A stretch of DNA of 60,473 nt, filler included. It is 7 parts of 7 records of this genome, joined end to end, with 100 filler letters (N's around TTAATTAATTAA, not from the genome) between each part and the next. Parts side by side here need not be neighbours in the genome. Positions count along the whole stretch, not along the records: positions 54,861 to 60,473 come from SRR31156797_23727; 6 more parts are not named here. The stretch is one strand, 5' to 3'. Both the position numbers and the translations under genes were made by a program. Numbering within the stretch: the stretch's first letter is position 1; every line of letters begins with the position of its first letter. The notes below the pieces were generated by a model. It searched no databases, was not told the origin of the DNA, and was given only the letters and a program-made list of their open reading frames with translations. Below, in pieces: positions 59,902 to 60,473 of this stretch.

Positions 59902-60473
59902 CTAAATAAAGATGTTGATCGTTCCGATCATCATTCCGATAAGCGCGCCCAAAAAAACGACGTATTTGAGCTCGCGGCTGACGACGGAGACGACCAGATT
60001 TTCAATGTCAAGCGCGCTCATCTGCTTGACCTTTTCTGTAATCATCCCGCCGACATCGACGCTCTCGGCCAGATGCCGAACATATTTTTTCATAAACCGC
60101 TGGTGAAGCTGACAGGCGAAGGCATGAAGAACGTCCTTGTCTCGGAAGAGCCGGGACGTTATCTCCGCCACAGGCAGCTCTCCGAGCTCGCTCAGCTCGT
60201 CTTCCAGGACCGGCAGAATTACAGACCGGCCTTCGTGTAAAATGTATTTTTCGAATTCGGAAACAAGCGGCTCTGTGACGACGGATGCGATCTGCTCGCT
60301 AAAAACCTTGCCGACTACGGAATTGCCAAGCCTTTTTTCAATGGCGCGCAGCCCCTCCTCGGCAAACCGGCGGGACAGATTAGATCTTAAAATGGCTGCC
60401 TGTATTCGCACGCACAGCTCATCCTTAACGCAGCGGGACAGCTCGCTTTCTGAGGCGGCGCCATCGTTTAAGC
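59902..60473 (-). CDS. DUF445 (YheB-like) membrane protein, 5'-partial
   Basis: C-terminal IENLVVSVVSRELKYVVFLGALIGMMIG; frame open to the window edge. Confidence 0.8.
   Translation of the reverse strand, partial: LNDGAASESELSRCVKDELCVRIQAAILRSNLSRRFAEEGLRAIEKRLGNSVVGKVFSEQIASVVTEPLVSEFEKYILHEGRSVILPVLEDELSELGELPVAEITSRLFRDKDVLHAFACQLHQRFMKKYVRHLAESVDVGGMITEKVKQMSALDIENLVVSVVSRELKYVVFLGALIGMMIGTINIFI

Overview
The window is not one locus. It is seven unrelated contigs joined by six 100-bp artificial linkers (N44-TTAATTAATTAA-N44). Taxonomy below is inferred by eye from gene content and composition. (1) 1-20953, Bacteroidota-like: a sensor kinase and sigma-54 activator with a candidate enhancer and promoter, followed by a Cys-less thioredoxin, a porin, a chemoreceptor and a REC-kinase; also ccsBA, waaA and nrdJ. 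(2) 21054-26555, Methanosarcinaceae-like archaeon: hemerythrin, ArsR, nikR, purC. (3) 26656-32796, very AT-rich, Arcobacter/Campylobacterota-like and probably a mobile element. (4) 32897-38344, AT-rich anaerobe (Fusobacteriota-like): cstA, LytS/LytTR, pgeF. (5) 38445-48168, Desulfobacterota-like: B12 radical SAM, mqnB/mqnD, UbiB-type kinase, Fe-S hydro-lyase, thiolase. (6) 48269-54760: three hybrid histidine kinases. (7) 54861-60473, Firmicutes-like: glycyl radical enzyme, bicupin, and an aldo/keto-reductase homologue lacking its catalytic residues. The best candidate for an undescribed system is in contig 3. A 272-bp non-coding element bounded by perfect 24-bp inverted repeats that resemble Ter sites, with a sharp internal C-to-G skew switch, abuts a perfect sigma-70 promoter. 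That promoter precedes a putative remote Tus homologue, an unannotated 28-aa peptide, a putative Whirly-fold ssDNA-binding protein and HU. All family assignments are from motif recognition by eye; no searches were run.
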